Origin: Candidatus Saccharimonadales bacterium
Lineage (GTDB): Bacteria; Patescibacteriota; Saccharimonadia; Saccharimonadales; UBA4665
Assembly: GCA_041649215.1 (NCBI GenBank)
Contig: JBAZNN010000001.1
Span: 700,366 to 764,365 of the forward strand
Length of the DNA: 64,000 bases
Reading direction: 5' to 3'
In this document: one piece after another, positions 30,540-38,690 of the stretch
Position numbering within the stretch: position 1 is the stretch's first letter
How the letters are laid out: every line of letters begins with the position of its first letter
The notes under the pieces: generated by a model
Seen by the model: the letters and a program-made list of their open reading frames with translations, nothing else
What the model was told of the DNA's origin: nothing
Database searches by the model: none
Position numbers and translations under genes: made by a program

Positions 30540-31223
30540 ATGTATCAACTTGGTAAGCGGGCTAGGCATCACCAACTGCTCATAGTAGCGGGCGTATTGC
30601 TGGTGCTTGGGGGCATAAGTTTTGGTACGTACAAATTGCTTCACCTGACACTTAGCCCCCTAGAAACCATTACAAACCCACCGGCCAGCACCACTCCGTA
30701 TTCGCCCGAAAAGTTGGCCAATAGTTTCGTAAACGAAACGTACTTTACCACCCAGCTGCCATTTGGCTGGAAGCGAGTAAGCTTTCAGACCTCGCCTAAT
30801 ATCATGTACACCTACCAGGGTGGCAAGGCCAACACCCAGATACTCAGCATATATATAGATAATTTACCCACAACGCTGGCCGTGAACCGGGTGCTACCCC
30901 TGGAGGTTCAGGGCGGCCGGCTGGTGCACGGTACGTTATCCGATAATTGTGTCGATTTTTTGTCACCGAGCATTCTCAATACGCCGCAAGCTCAAACCAA
31001 AAAAGTGGTTGATGCCAAATGGCAAAACGTGGAGTTTTACTGCGATATCGGTAACTTCCAACGAAATGTTACCGGCACTAGCTCGGAAGCGGGCATAAAT
31101 AAACTCGTTTTGGGCGGCTCGACCACTGGTGCGCATAACGTGTTCTTTACCTATACCGATAACGGGTCGAGCCCTGATTATAGTGTCTTCTACAGTGTCC
31201 TAGACAGCTTCAAACTCAAGTAA
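30540..31223 (+). CDS. Membrane-anchored hypothetical protein
   Basis: 227 aa with one N-terminal TM (LLIVAGVLLVLGGISFGTY) and an extracytoplasmic beta-rich domain. Confidence 0.6.
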   Translation: MYQLGKRARHHQLLIVAGVLLVLGGISFGTYKLLHLTLSPLETITNPPASTTPYSPEKLANSFVNETYFTTQLPFGWKRVSFQTSPNIMYTYQGGKANTQILSIYIDNLPTTLAVNRVLPLEVQGGRLVHGTLSDNCVDFLSPSILNTPQAQTKKVVDAKWQNVEFYCDIGNFQRNVTGTSSEAGINKLVLGGSTTGAHNVFFTYTDNGSSPDYSVFYSVLDSFKLK

Positions 31224-31329
31224 AAATTACTATATGTAGCGTGCAAGCCAGGTGCTATGCTACTACTAGCATATCCTACGGATATACTTATCAGTACTCA
31301 GAAAATATGAGCAAGCTCCTATTTTCCTC

Positions 31330-31489
31330 CGTGCTTCCATTATTAACAACATGAGCTGGAAGTGAGCGAAATTCTCACACTGTGCCGCAACGGTTAAAGT
31401 CCGATACAGCTACTAAAAGTCTTCCGAGCAGAAGCGTCTGAAATAGCATTTCAAACCCTCTGCTCACCAAAAGACAGAGGGTTTATTTT
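31330..31489 (+). promoter_or_regulatory. Candidate cobalamin riboswitch (compact class-II-like aptamer 31354-31411) plus RBS-sequestering/terminator-like hairpin (31453-31484)
   Basis: P3 AGCUG/CAGCU. P4 GUGAG/CUCAC with loop CGAAAUU. Junction ACUGUGCCGCAACGGU. P6 CGG/CCG with loop UUAAAGU. A 10-bp hairpin AAACCCUCUG/CAGAGGGUUU covers the SD GAGGG just before the ATG at 31490. Confidence 0.5.
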
Positions 31490-32677
31490 ATGGAAACGTT
31501 GGCCGCGCAGCCGTCACACGAAAAACTAAAAAGCTTTGATCCGCTGGCCAGTGTCGACATGTTTCGATTCGATATTGAGCGCTTTGGTAGGGTGCTGCCA
31601 GAGACCAGATATCGAGTACACGATGAAGAGCTCAGCCACCTAACAGAGGCGGTGGACAGAGCGGCTTGCACTGAATTCATACTGCGTAAGCGGGATGACC
31701 AGATCGAGTATTTTGATAAGGGAAACTGGCGACCATATATCGGCTCTCTTTTAACAGCGCTAGAAGTTGCGAAGCAGGAGGCTACAGAAGACCCCCGTCG
31801 GGCGTTCCTGGCAGAACGAGCGGTAACTGATTTATGGCACGGTTACAAGTTACAGTCATTAAAACCCGGCGAGCAGCACGTTTGGTATTCGCCGTACCCA
31901 AAAGAGGAAGCCGCGAGGTTTGGCGAAGCATTTGTGCGAGAGCTTGGGTTTTCGCCGGAAAGAGAAATGGGCTTTTTATACCGCGCCTACTGTGACGATC
32001 AAGGCGACGTGGTCTTAGAATCACAAACCGTCGATCATAGCGATGACGAGGCTTTTTCCGCGGCTATGAACTTAGCTGAGAGTGACCACGGAACAGATAC
32101 AGACGCACTTGTAAATGCTTACGATGAAACGCTCGCCCAAAAATACGGCGGTAATTTTTATGCCGGTCGACGAGATGCCGAGATCCGTGAAAACGCATGG
32201 AACACGATTCGTGACCAACGGGACCTAGTTGAATATCTACTGGCTAAACTCGAGACTATCGCAAAGCTATCTTTGCCGCGTCACGAACTCGAACGAGCCG
32301 CAAAAAAACATGTTTACGGAGTCTGGGCGCTATTTAAAAAGCGGCTGGACGGTGAAGTTCAAACGTATACTCCGCTTTGGCACGAAGCCATGCCGCTGGC
32401 GCATTTTGCGCTATTAGACCAGCAGGTTATGACGGCCTTCAATGAATTTGCTGCCCGCGGAGCGGTTATGCCAGGTTGTGGTGGTGCTATCCACATGCAA
32501 GGCGAGGAATCTATTCTGGGCGCGGAAGGTAGCGAGGTGTTCAAATCGATTTTCGGAAAAGACGAAGATAGGTATGGATCATTGGAATTCAAATGTCCCA
32601 AAGGACATAACAATCGTCGCCCCCACGGCAAGCTTATCGAAACCTGCCAAAAATGCGGCGTTAGCGTTAGATGCTAA
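31490..32677 (+). CDS. Hypothetical cytoplasmic protein with C-terminal zinc-ribbon-like motif
   Basis: 395 aa, no TM or signal peptide. C-terminus is FKCPKGHNNRRPHGKLIETCQKCGVSVRC. No family that I can name. It is the only gene downstream of the candidate riboswitch. Confidence 0.68.
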   Translation: METLAAQPSHEKLKSFDPLASVDMFRFDIERFGRVLPETRYRVHDEELSHLTEAVDRAACTEFILRKRDDQIEYFDKGNWRPYIGSLLTALEVAKQEATEDPRRAFLAERAVTDLWHGYKLQSLKPGEQHVWYSPYPKEEAARFGEAFVRELGFSPEREMGFLYRAYCDDQGDVVLESQTVDHSDDEAFSAAMNLAESDHGTDTDALVNAYDETLAQKYGGNFYAGRRDAEIRENAWNTIRDQRDLVEYLLAKLETIAKLSLPRHELERAAKKHVYGVWALFKKRLDGEVQTYTPLWHEAMPLAHFALLDQQVMTAFNEFAARGAVMPGCGGAIHMQGEESILGAEGSEVFKSIFGKDEDRYGSLEFKCPKGHNNRRPHGKLIETCQKCGVSVRC

Positions 32678-32696
32678 TTCGCCAGACCAAATTTTC

Positions 32697-34409
32697 CTAA
32701 ACAGCCTCTTCGGCCAGTGATAACGGGTGGTTTGATTCCATTTGTTGCAAGTGGCGGCTGCGGTAACGGTCAAAGTGCTGTCTTTCGATGCCGTTTTTCT
32801 GGATGAGCGCACTCAAGCGCTCGCTGCTGGCGTGATGGGGGATCATCACGTAGCCACAGCCTAGCTCGTATAGTTGCATAGCCTCTTCGTAGCCGTTTGC
32901 ATTGCAGACAACCACGGCATCCGGGTTATAAAAGTTGATGTGCTTGACCAGTTCTTGGTTAGTTTCGAAGTCGCTGATGGTGCTGACTATCAGTTTGGCG
33001 CGCGTCACGCCGACTTCCTCGAGCAATTCGGTGTCGGTTGCATCGCCGTACAGACAGGGTATCTGTTGATGCTGTAGCAGCTCAATTACCGACGGGTCGT
33101 AATCGACTACCAGGTAACGTTTTTTGAGCTTTTGGAAGGTACGCAAGAACTCATGGCCGCCCCTGTGGTAACCGAACAGAACCAGCTCATAACCGGTTCT
33201 GGTCTTTTTGTCGGCGTGTTTGCGCTCGCTATCGAAGAGCCCGTAAAACAACTTCAATTTATCAAAATACTCGAATAGCTGGTTATCGTATTTCATAAGA
33301 TAGGTCGAAGATGTAATAGTGATCAAGGCTACAAGTGTTATGACGGTGCTTAGGTGGGTGCTAATGAGCCCAGTGCTGACCGCCAACACGATTAATACGA
33401 TGGAAAACTCACTAATCTGCGACAAGTTTATGCCGGCCTTAAAGCTAACGCGCTTTGGGTAGCCCAACATGCCAAGTGTGACGGTTACGGCTGCCGGCTT
33501 AAGGATGATAACGATAGCCGAGAGCAGGAGTGCCGGCACCAAAGCGGTATGCGCGTTGGCAAAGCTCAGGCTCTCACCTAGCGAAATAAAGAACAGAACG
33601 ATAAAGAAATCTCGAAGTGGTTTGAGCCTTGACTCAATCTCTTGAGCATAGGGCAGGCCGGCCATGCTGATGCCGGCGAACAGTGCACCAACCTCGATCG
33701 AAAAGCCGGCGTATTGAAACAAGCTAGCTATGCCAAAACCCCAAGCAATAGCAAACAAGAACAGACTTTCTTGACTGGCGGCAATTGTTTTGGCGATTCG
33801 CGGCAACACAAGCTTGCTGGCAAAGATTAAGATAGCAAACAGGCCGACGCCCTTGGCTGCCAGGAGACCCAATGCTTGTAGGCCGATGGCATTGTCTTTG
33901 CCGGCGGCCACAAACAAAAGTGCCAAAGTGGCGATGATATCGTCCAAGATGATAACACCGATAGCAATCTGTCCGTACAGGCGATTCTGTTCCTTTTTGT
34001 CGGTCAAGACCTTGACGATGATAATAGTGCTACTAAAGAACAAACTAAGCCCCACGATGTACGATTCGGTCAGCGAGAGCCCGAGCAGTAGATTGCCCAC
34101 CAGAACACCAATGCTACCTACGGTGACCAGCACCGCGCCAGACGTTATAAAGATAGACTTACCGACGCGTCGGATAACACCGAGGTTCATACCTAGGCCG
34201 ATGATCAGTAGCAGCAGAGCGATGCCAATGCTCGAAAAGCTGGTGAAGGCGTCTTTGGAGTGAATCAAGTGTAGTGCCGATGGTCCAACAATAATGCCGG
34301 TTATGATGTAGCCGAGAATCAGAGGCTGGCGAAACAGGCGCATTACCAACGACACCAGCGTTGCGACGACGATGACAAGACTTAGTTCAGTAAAGGCGGT
34401 ATCGAGCAT
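32697..34409 (-). CDS. Cation:proton antiporter (CPA2, KefB/KefC-like) with C-terminal RCK/TrkA-N domain
   Basis: About 12 TM segments of the Na_H_Exchanger type (GYIITGIIVGPS), then the Rossmann-like LVLFGYHRGGHEFLRTF...YGDATD. Confidence 0.88.
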   Translation of the reverse strand: MLDTAFTELSLVIVVATLVSLVMRLFRQPLILGYIITGIIVGPSALHLIHSKDAFTSFSSIGIALLLLIIGLGMNLGVIRRVGKSIFITSGAVLVTVGSIGVLVGNLLLGLSLTESYIVGLSLFFSSTIIIVKVLTDKKEQNRLYGQIAIGVIILDDIIATLALLFVAAGKDNAIGLQALGLLAAKGVGLFAILIFASKLVLPRIAKTIAASQESLFLFAIAWGFGIASLFQYAGFSIEVGALFAGISMAGLPYAQEIESRLKPLRDFFIVLFFISLGESLSFANAHTALVPALLLSAIVIILKPAAVTVTLGMLGYPKRVSFKAGINLSQISEFSIVLIVLAVSTGLISTHLSTVITLVALITITSSTYLMKYDNQLFEYFDKLKLFYGLFDSERKHADKKTRTGYELVLFGYHRGGHEFLRTFQKLKKRYLVVDYDPSVIELLQHQQIPCLYGDATDTELLEEVGVTRAKLIVSTISDFETNQELVKHINFYNPDAVVVCNANGYEEAMQLYELGCGYVMIPHHASSERLSALIQKNGIERQHFDRYRSRHLQQMESNHPLSLAEEAV

Positions 34410-34448
34410 ATTTATTTTGGTTAACTACACCTACAGTTTACTACAGCC

Positions 34449-34478
34449 TTGACAAGACCGTAAGCGTTTTGCTACAGT
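34449..34478 (+). promoter_or_regulatory. Orphan sigma70-type promoter with extended -10
   Basis: TTGACA (34449-54), 18-nt spacer ending TGc, TACAGT (34473-78). It points into a 384-nt gap with no tracked ORF. Confidence 0.4.
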
Positions 34479-34593
34479 GACCTTACTTTAGGCGACGCAG
34501 CGAGAGCGTACGCGAGAGATAAAAACTTAAAAACAAAATAGTGCGACAGATAACCCTTGTAGTGGTGGAGTTATTGGTCGCCAAGGGGTATTA

Positions 34594-34686
34594 ATGTCTA
34601 TAAACGTAAAAATCGAGCACGATCGACCTACCAGAGTAGTTGTGCATGTGCGACGCCCTGCTTGGCAGCAGTTCCTACACATCTAG
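34594..34686 (+). CDS. Possible 30-aa small ORF (MSINVKIEHDRPTRVVVHVRRPAWQQFLHI)
   Basis: ATG has the SD-like AAGGGG 6 nt upstream. It lies ~110 nt downstream of the orphan promoter and directly after a 12-bp stem-loop (34543-34581). Below the ORF-track cutoff. Confidence 0.25.
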   Translation: MSINVKIEHDRPTRVVVHVRRPAWQQFLHI

Positions 34687-34793
34687 AAGCCTGAGACAAA
34701 CCTACGGTTTTTCTCAACGCGCGGAACAATGAAATTCATCGTTCCGGCTGCTCTTTTCCTTTGGCTACACTTGGTTGAGGAGGCTGAAGCGAG

Positions 34794-35249
34794 TTATTTG
34801 GCGGGGCAGGTAAGAGCGCGGTTGTGAGCAGCCAGTTTCTCGATGATAACCACGAACTCATGGGCTTCTTCGTGCGTCAATGAATCAAACAAAAAGCCAT
34901 TATTGATCGCCAGTTGCTTGGTAATTTCGCCTTGTAGCTTTTTGCCCGCTGAGGTCAGGCGAATAACCTTGATGCGTCGATCTTGTGGATCTTCGTGCCT
35001 TGAAACCAGACCTTTTTGCTCCAAGCCATCCACTATGCCGGTTACGTTCGAGGGGTCACAATTGTACAGTTTGCAAAAGTTGCTCATCGGCCTTGGCTTG
35101 TCGGCCTCAGTCAGTAGCAGAGTCATAGCCTGCATGGCAGTGAGACCAAAGCCAGAGCTAATAACGACCATCTGCTGTTTGGAATTCATGAGAAATTCAA
35201 GTAGCGAGTGGTAGAACGTAGCGGGTATTTTCGTGTCGGAGTGATTCAT
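34794..35249 (-). CDS. MarR-family transcriptional regulator
   Basis: 151 aa. wHTH region LTAMQAMTLLLT...PSNVTGIVDGLEQKGLVSRHEDPQDRRIKVIRLTSAGKK. Confidence 0.88.
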   Translation of the reverse strand: MNHSDTKIPATFYHSLLEFLMNSKQQMVVISSGFGLTAMQAMTLLLTEADKPRPMSNFCKLYNCDPSNVTGIVDGLEQKGLVSRHEDPQDRRIKVIRLTSAGKKLQGEITKQLAINNGFLFDSLTHEEAHEFVVIIEKLAAHNRALTCPAK

Positions 35250-35264
35250 GATTTTATAAAATAG

Positions 35265-35294
35265 TTGACATTGTCAATCATTGAGCTTTACAAT
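35265..35294. promoter_or_regulatory. Perfect palindrome TTGACAtTGTCAA (likely MarR operator) overlapping the -35 of the MFS promoter
   Basis: TTGACATTGTCAA at 35265-35277. As a promoter it reads TTGACA, 18-nt spacer, TACAAT (35289-94), with SD AAAGGAG ahead of the ATG at 35353. Confidence 0.5.
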
Positions 35295-35352
35295 TAATCG
35301 CATTGGCATTTTATAACGTAAATCAGAAAATTCAAAGGAGCTCGCTCACAGT

Positions 35353-36807
35353 ATGGTAGATAAGGCAAAAAATCATTGGCTAATTTTGATCATTCTGGCA
35401 CTCGCCCAGTTTATGGTCGTGCTTGATGTATCAATTGTAAACGTAGCTTTGCCGGCCATGGAACACGCCTTCCACATGTCCCAGTCGAGTCTGCAATGGA
35501 TAGTTACGGCTTACACGCTGGCTTTTGGTGGCTTCTTGCTGCTTGGTGGACGGGCAGCCGACTTGTATGGACGACGCAAGCTTTTCCTGATCGGTACGGC
35601 GCTGTTTGGTCTGGCCTCTCTGGCCGATGGCTTCGCGCAATCTGGCAGCATGTTGATTGCCCTAAGGGCAGCCCAGGGCTTGGCGGCAGCATTGATGTCA
35701 CCGGCAGCTTTGTCGATCGTACTCGTTACCTACAAAGAAGGCCATGAACGCAACTTAGCACTGAGTGTATGGGGCGCGGTGGCCTCTGGTGGTGCGGCTG
35801 CCGGTGTACTGCTGGGTGGAATAATTACTGAGTATCTTGGTTGGCGCTGGAACTTCTTTGTTAACGTGCCTGTTTCTATCGCGGTATTCTACGCAGCCTG
35901 GAAACTGGTGCCTGTTCACGAATCTGAAGAAACTCATAACGAATTAGACTTGCCGGGTGCCATTTCTATTACTGCCGCCCTGATGATGTTGGTCTACGGC
36001 CTGGTCGAAGCGCCAGCGCACGGCTGGACGTCTATCAGTTCGCTAGGTTACTTTGCAGGCAGCATCGCGCTGGTAGCGTTCTTTATATTTAACGAACGGC
36101 GCGCCAAACACCCGCTGGTACCTCTCGAGATTTTCCGTATCCGTAACGTCACGGCCGCTAACCTGACCATGATGCCGATTACGGCCGGCATGTTTTCGGT
36201 GTTTTTCTTCACTTCACTGTATGTCCAGACCGTGCTCGGCTACTCACCGGTTAGAACGGGCTTTAGCTTCTTGGTGATTCCATTCGTTATCGGTATAGCT
36301 GCTACCAATGTTCCGCGGCTAGTCCAAAAGATAGGTTACAAGCCAATTCTAATGGTGGCGCCACTATTTACGGCTACGGCGCTTTTCTTGTTTGCTCACA
36401 TACGGGTAAACGGCAACTACGTACACGATCTGTTGCCCGGTTTCATATTTATGGGTCTAGGAATGGGCGCGACATTTGTGGCGATCACCATCGCCGCTAC
36501 CAGTGGTGTTGAAGGTAGAGAATCAGGCTTAGCTTCTGGCCTTTTGAATACCTCGCAGCAAGTTGGTGGCGCGTTGGGTCTGGCAATTTTGACCGGCTTG
36601 GCAACATCTAGCGCCGGTAAGTTTTCCCGGGCTGCGACACACCCCAATGCCCTGACGCCACTTGCCGCCGAAGTTCACGGTTTCCATACTGCCTTTTATG
36701 TCGGATCAACCTTTATGGTAGGTGCCGCCGTGTTGGCAACGGTGCTAATCAAGCAGCCAAAGCAGCCTGCTCCAAAGGATGCTGCGCCAGTTGCAGCGAT
36801 GCACTAA
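35353..36807 (+). CDS. MFS transporter, DHA2 (EmrB/QacA, 14-TM) drug:H+ antiporter family
   Basis: LAQFMVVLDVSIVNVALP, GGRAADLYGRRKLF (motif A), 14 hydrophobic segments. Divergent from marR. Confidence 0.9.
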   Translation: MVDKAKNHWLILIILALAQFMVVLDVSIVNVALPAMEHAFHMSQSSLQWIVTAYTLAFGGFLLLGGRAADLYGRRKLFLIGTALFGLASLADGFAQSGSMLIALRAAQGLAAALMSPAALSIVLVTYKEGHERNLALSVWGAVASGGAAAGVLLGGIITEYLGWRWNFFVNVPVSIAVFYAAWKLVPVHESEETHNELDLPGAISITAALMMLVYGLVEAPAHGWTSISSLGYFAGSIALVAFFIFNERRAKHPLVPLEIFRIRNVTAANLTMMPITAGMFSVFFFTSLYVQTVLGYSPVRTGFSFLVIPFVIGIAATNVPRLVQKIGYKPILMVAPLFTATALFLFAHIRVNGNYVHDLLPGFIFMGLGMGATFVAITIAATSGVEGRESGLASGLLNTSQQVGGALGLAILTGLATSSAGKFSRAATHPNALTPLAAEVHGFHTAFYVGSTFMVGAAVLATVLIKQPKQPAPKDAAPVAAMH

Positions 36808-36809
36808 AT

Positions 36810-37472
36810 CTAGTTTGTAGCTTTTTTAGCTAACTCAGCGTCGAGTAGTTTTGCGAAAGCATCAAAACTTGGCTGGTTTGAAGCATCGAGCAGGTTGCTG
36901 TTACTGATGTAGGTTCCATTCAGGAAGTAGGTCGGTGTTGCCTCTTGCTGACCGGTCTTTTTAAAGGCCGCGATGTCAGCGTTGATACTGTCGTTCACCG
37001 CGCTGCTCGCGAAGTCGGCTTTGAACGTGGTGACATTCAACCCCAGTTGCTGCGCGTACTGCTCAAAGAATGGGTTCGGGTCTTTGCTGGTTGACCACTG
37101 GCTCCAGTTGCTGTTTTGATACAGCGCTTCGTGCATCTGCCAGAATTTACCTTGTTTATCGGCGGCTTCGGCTGCTCGCGCACCAGCAAAGGCGTTCGGG
37201 TGAATGCTGCTGAGCGGCAAGTTGCGGAACTGGAACTTTACGCGGTCAGAATATTTGGCGGTGATTTGGTTCACGACGGGTTGGAAGCTCTCACAGGCGG
37301 GACATTCGTAGTCACCATACTCAACCAGTGTGACGCTGCTCGTAGTCTTGCCGGTAGTGTGGTTAGTCGGTTGCGCGTTGCCGGTAGACGGAGTTTTGTT
37401 GCCGGTAAAGGCCACAACACCGACAAAAATGATTAAAATTGCTGCGATAATTCCCAAAAAACGCTTGTCCAT
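36810..37472 (-). CDS. DsbA-family thiol:disulfide oxidoreductase, membrane-anchored
   Basis: N-terminal TM, thioredoxin fold with the CPAC active site (YGDYECPACESF), and a cis-Pro region TPTYFLNG. Confidence 0.85.
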   Translation of the reverse strand: MDKRFLGIIAAILIIFVGVVAFTGNKTPSTGNAQPTNHTTGKTTSSVTLVEYGDYECPACESFQPVVNQITAKYSDRVKFQFRNLPLSSIHPNAFAGARAAEAADKQGKFWQMHEALYQNSNWSQWSTSKDPNPFFEQYAQQLGLNVTTFKADFASSAVNDSINADIAAFKKTGQQEATPTYFLNGTYISNSNLLDASNQPSFDAFAKLLDAELAKKATN

Positions 37473-37572
37473 ACCGATAATACCCCTCAGTTACTTTCTA
37501 AAACATAGTAGCACGAAACGTTGGCATGGAGTGCGGCTTTGAAAAGAGGCGGTGAAATCGTAAGATAAGAGC

Positions 37573-38643
37573 ATGATATCGTATCTCTTTGGCTCGGCTC
37601 TGGCGCTACTGGCGCTGCTTTGTTTGGCGCTACTCAAAACGTACCGGCACATGCCGGCGAAAGAGCTCAAGCGTTTGGCTCGGCACGGTGATCATCTGGC
37701 AGAATTGCTGTATAAGCCGGTGGCGTACGGCGCGAGTTTGGCAGCACTGCTCTGGTTACTCATTGGCCTTTCGACGGCAGGCAGCGTGGTGTTGTTTGCC
37801 GGTGTTTTGCCGGCTTGGCTGGCGGTAATTGTTGTGGCGCTTATCATATGGGTTGGCTTTGTCTGGATTCCGAGCGGTGATCTGAGCCGTACCGGAGTTT
37901 GGTTTGCCCGCTCGTCCGCTCCAGTGTTTGCCTGGTTGCTCGAGCGGTTGCATCCGCTCCTCTCGTATATTCAGCGTGTCGTTCGTCACTATCGTCCGGT
38001 CACTATTCACACTGGTCTGTACGAAAAAGAAGATGTGATTGAGCTGTTAGAGCGGCAAAAACATCAGCCCGACAACCGGATTAAGCCAGGCGAAATCGAA
38101 TTGCTGGTCCACGCCCTCAGTTTTGGCGATAAACTGGTGTCCGAAGTGCTCGTACCCAAACGCGTCGTGACGTTCGTAAATGCTAGCGACTCGATCGGCC
38201 CAGTGCTGACCGACGAACTGCACAAGAGTGGCCACAGCCGCTTCCCGGTGTTTGAAGGCAAGCGCGACAACCTGGTCGGCATTCTGTATCTGAAAGATTT
38301 GATTATGACGCACAAAACGGGCAGTGTGCGCGACCTAATGCAGCCGCATCTGTCGTATGTACACGAAGACTTCACGCTATATCAAACGCTGCAAGCGTTT
38401 CTAAAGACCAAGCACCACCTGTTTTTGGTGGTCAACAACTTCGAAGAGTTTGTGGGCATTATTACTATCGAGGATATTGTGGAGCAGATGGTCGGTAAGC
38501 CGATTGTCGATGAATTCGATAAATACGATGACTTGCGTGCCGTCGCGGCTGCCGCTGCCAAAAAAGATCATGCCGACCACGAAAAAGACAAAACCGAGCC
38601 CAAACCCGAACCAGAGCAGGCGAAACCAGAAGCCTCCGACTAG
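37573..38643 (+). CDS. CNNM/DUF21-CBS pair membrane protein (HlyC/CorC-type divalent-cation transporter family, no CorC_HlyC tail)
   Basis: Four N-terminal TM segments, then two CBS motifs (LVSEVLVPKRVV..., VGIITIEDIVEQMVG), then an acidic/Lys-rich tail. Confidence 0.82.
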   Translation: MISYLFGSALALLALLCLALLKTYRHMPAKELKRLARHGDHLAELLYKPVAYGASLAALLWLLIGLSTAGSVVLFAGVLPAWLAVIVVALIIWVGFVWIPSGDLSRTGVWFARSSAPVFAWLLERLHPLLSYIQRVVRHYRPVTIHTGLYEKEDVIELLERQKHQPDNRIKPGEIELLVHALSFGDKLVSEVLVPKRVVTFVNASDSIGPVLTDELHKSGHSRFPVFEGKRDNLVGILYLKDLIMTHKTGSVRDLMQPHLSYVHEDFTLYQTLQAFLKTKHHLFLVVNNFEEFVGIITIEDIVEQMVGKPIVDEFDKYDDLRAVAAAAAKKDHADHEKDKTEPKPEPEQAKPEASD

Positions 38644-38653
38644 TTTTCATTTC

Positions 38654-38681
38654 TTGCAAATAAAAATAATAAAGGTATAGT
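38654..38681 (+). promoter_or_regulatory. Sigma70-type promoter positioned for a (near-)leaderless transcript
   Basis: TTGCAA (38654-59), 16-nt spacer, TATAGT (38676-81). The ATG of the downstream ORF is at 38691. Confidence 0.4.
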
Positions 38682-38690
38682 GTCAAAACT

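Noticed and set aside
34410-34793. c-di-AMP (ydaO/kimA-type) riboswitch in the long leader of the K+/H+ antiporter-like gene.
   Set aside because: I read the minus-strand leader. The only ydaO-like fragment (CCGUAAGCGU) is on the opposite strand, and the GGGGACCCA / CCCGAAUCC-type motifs are absent.
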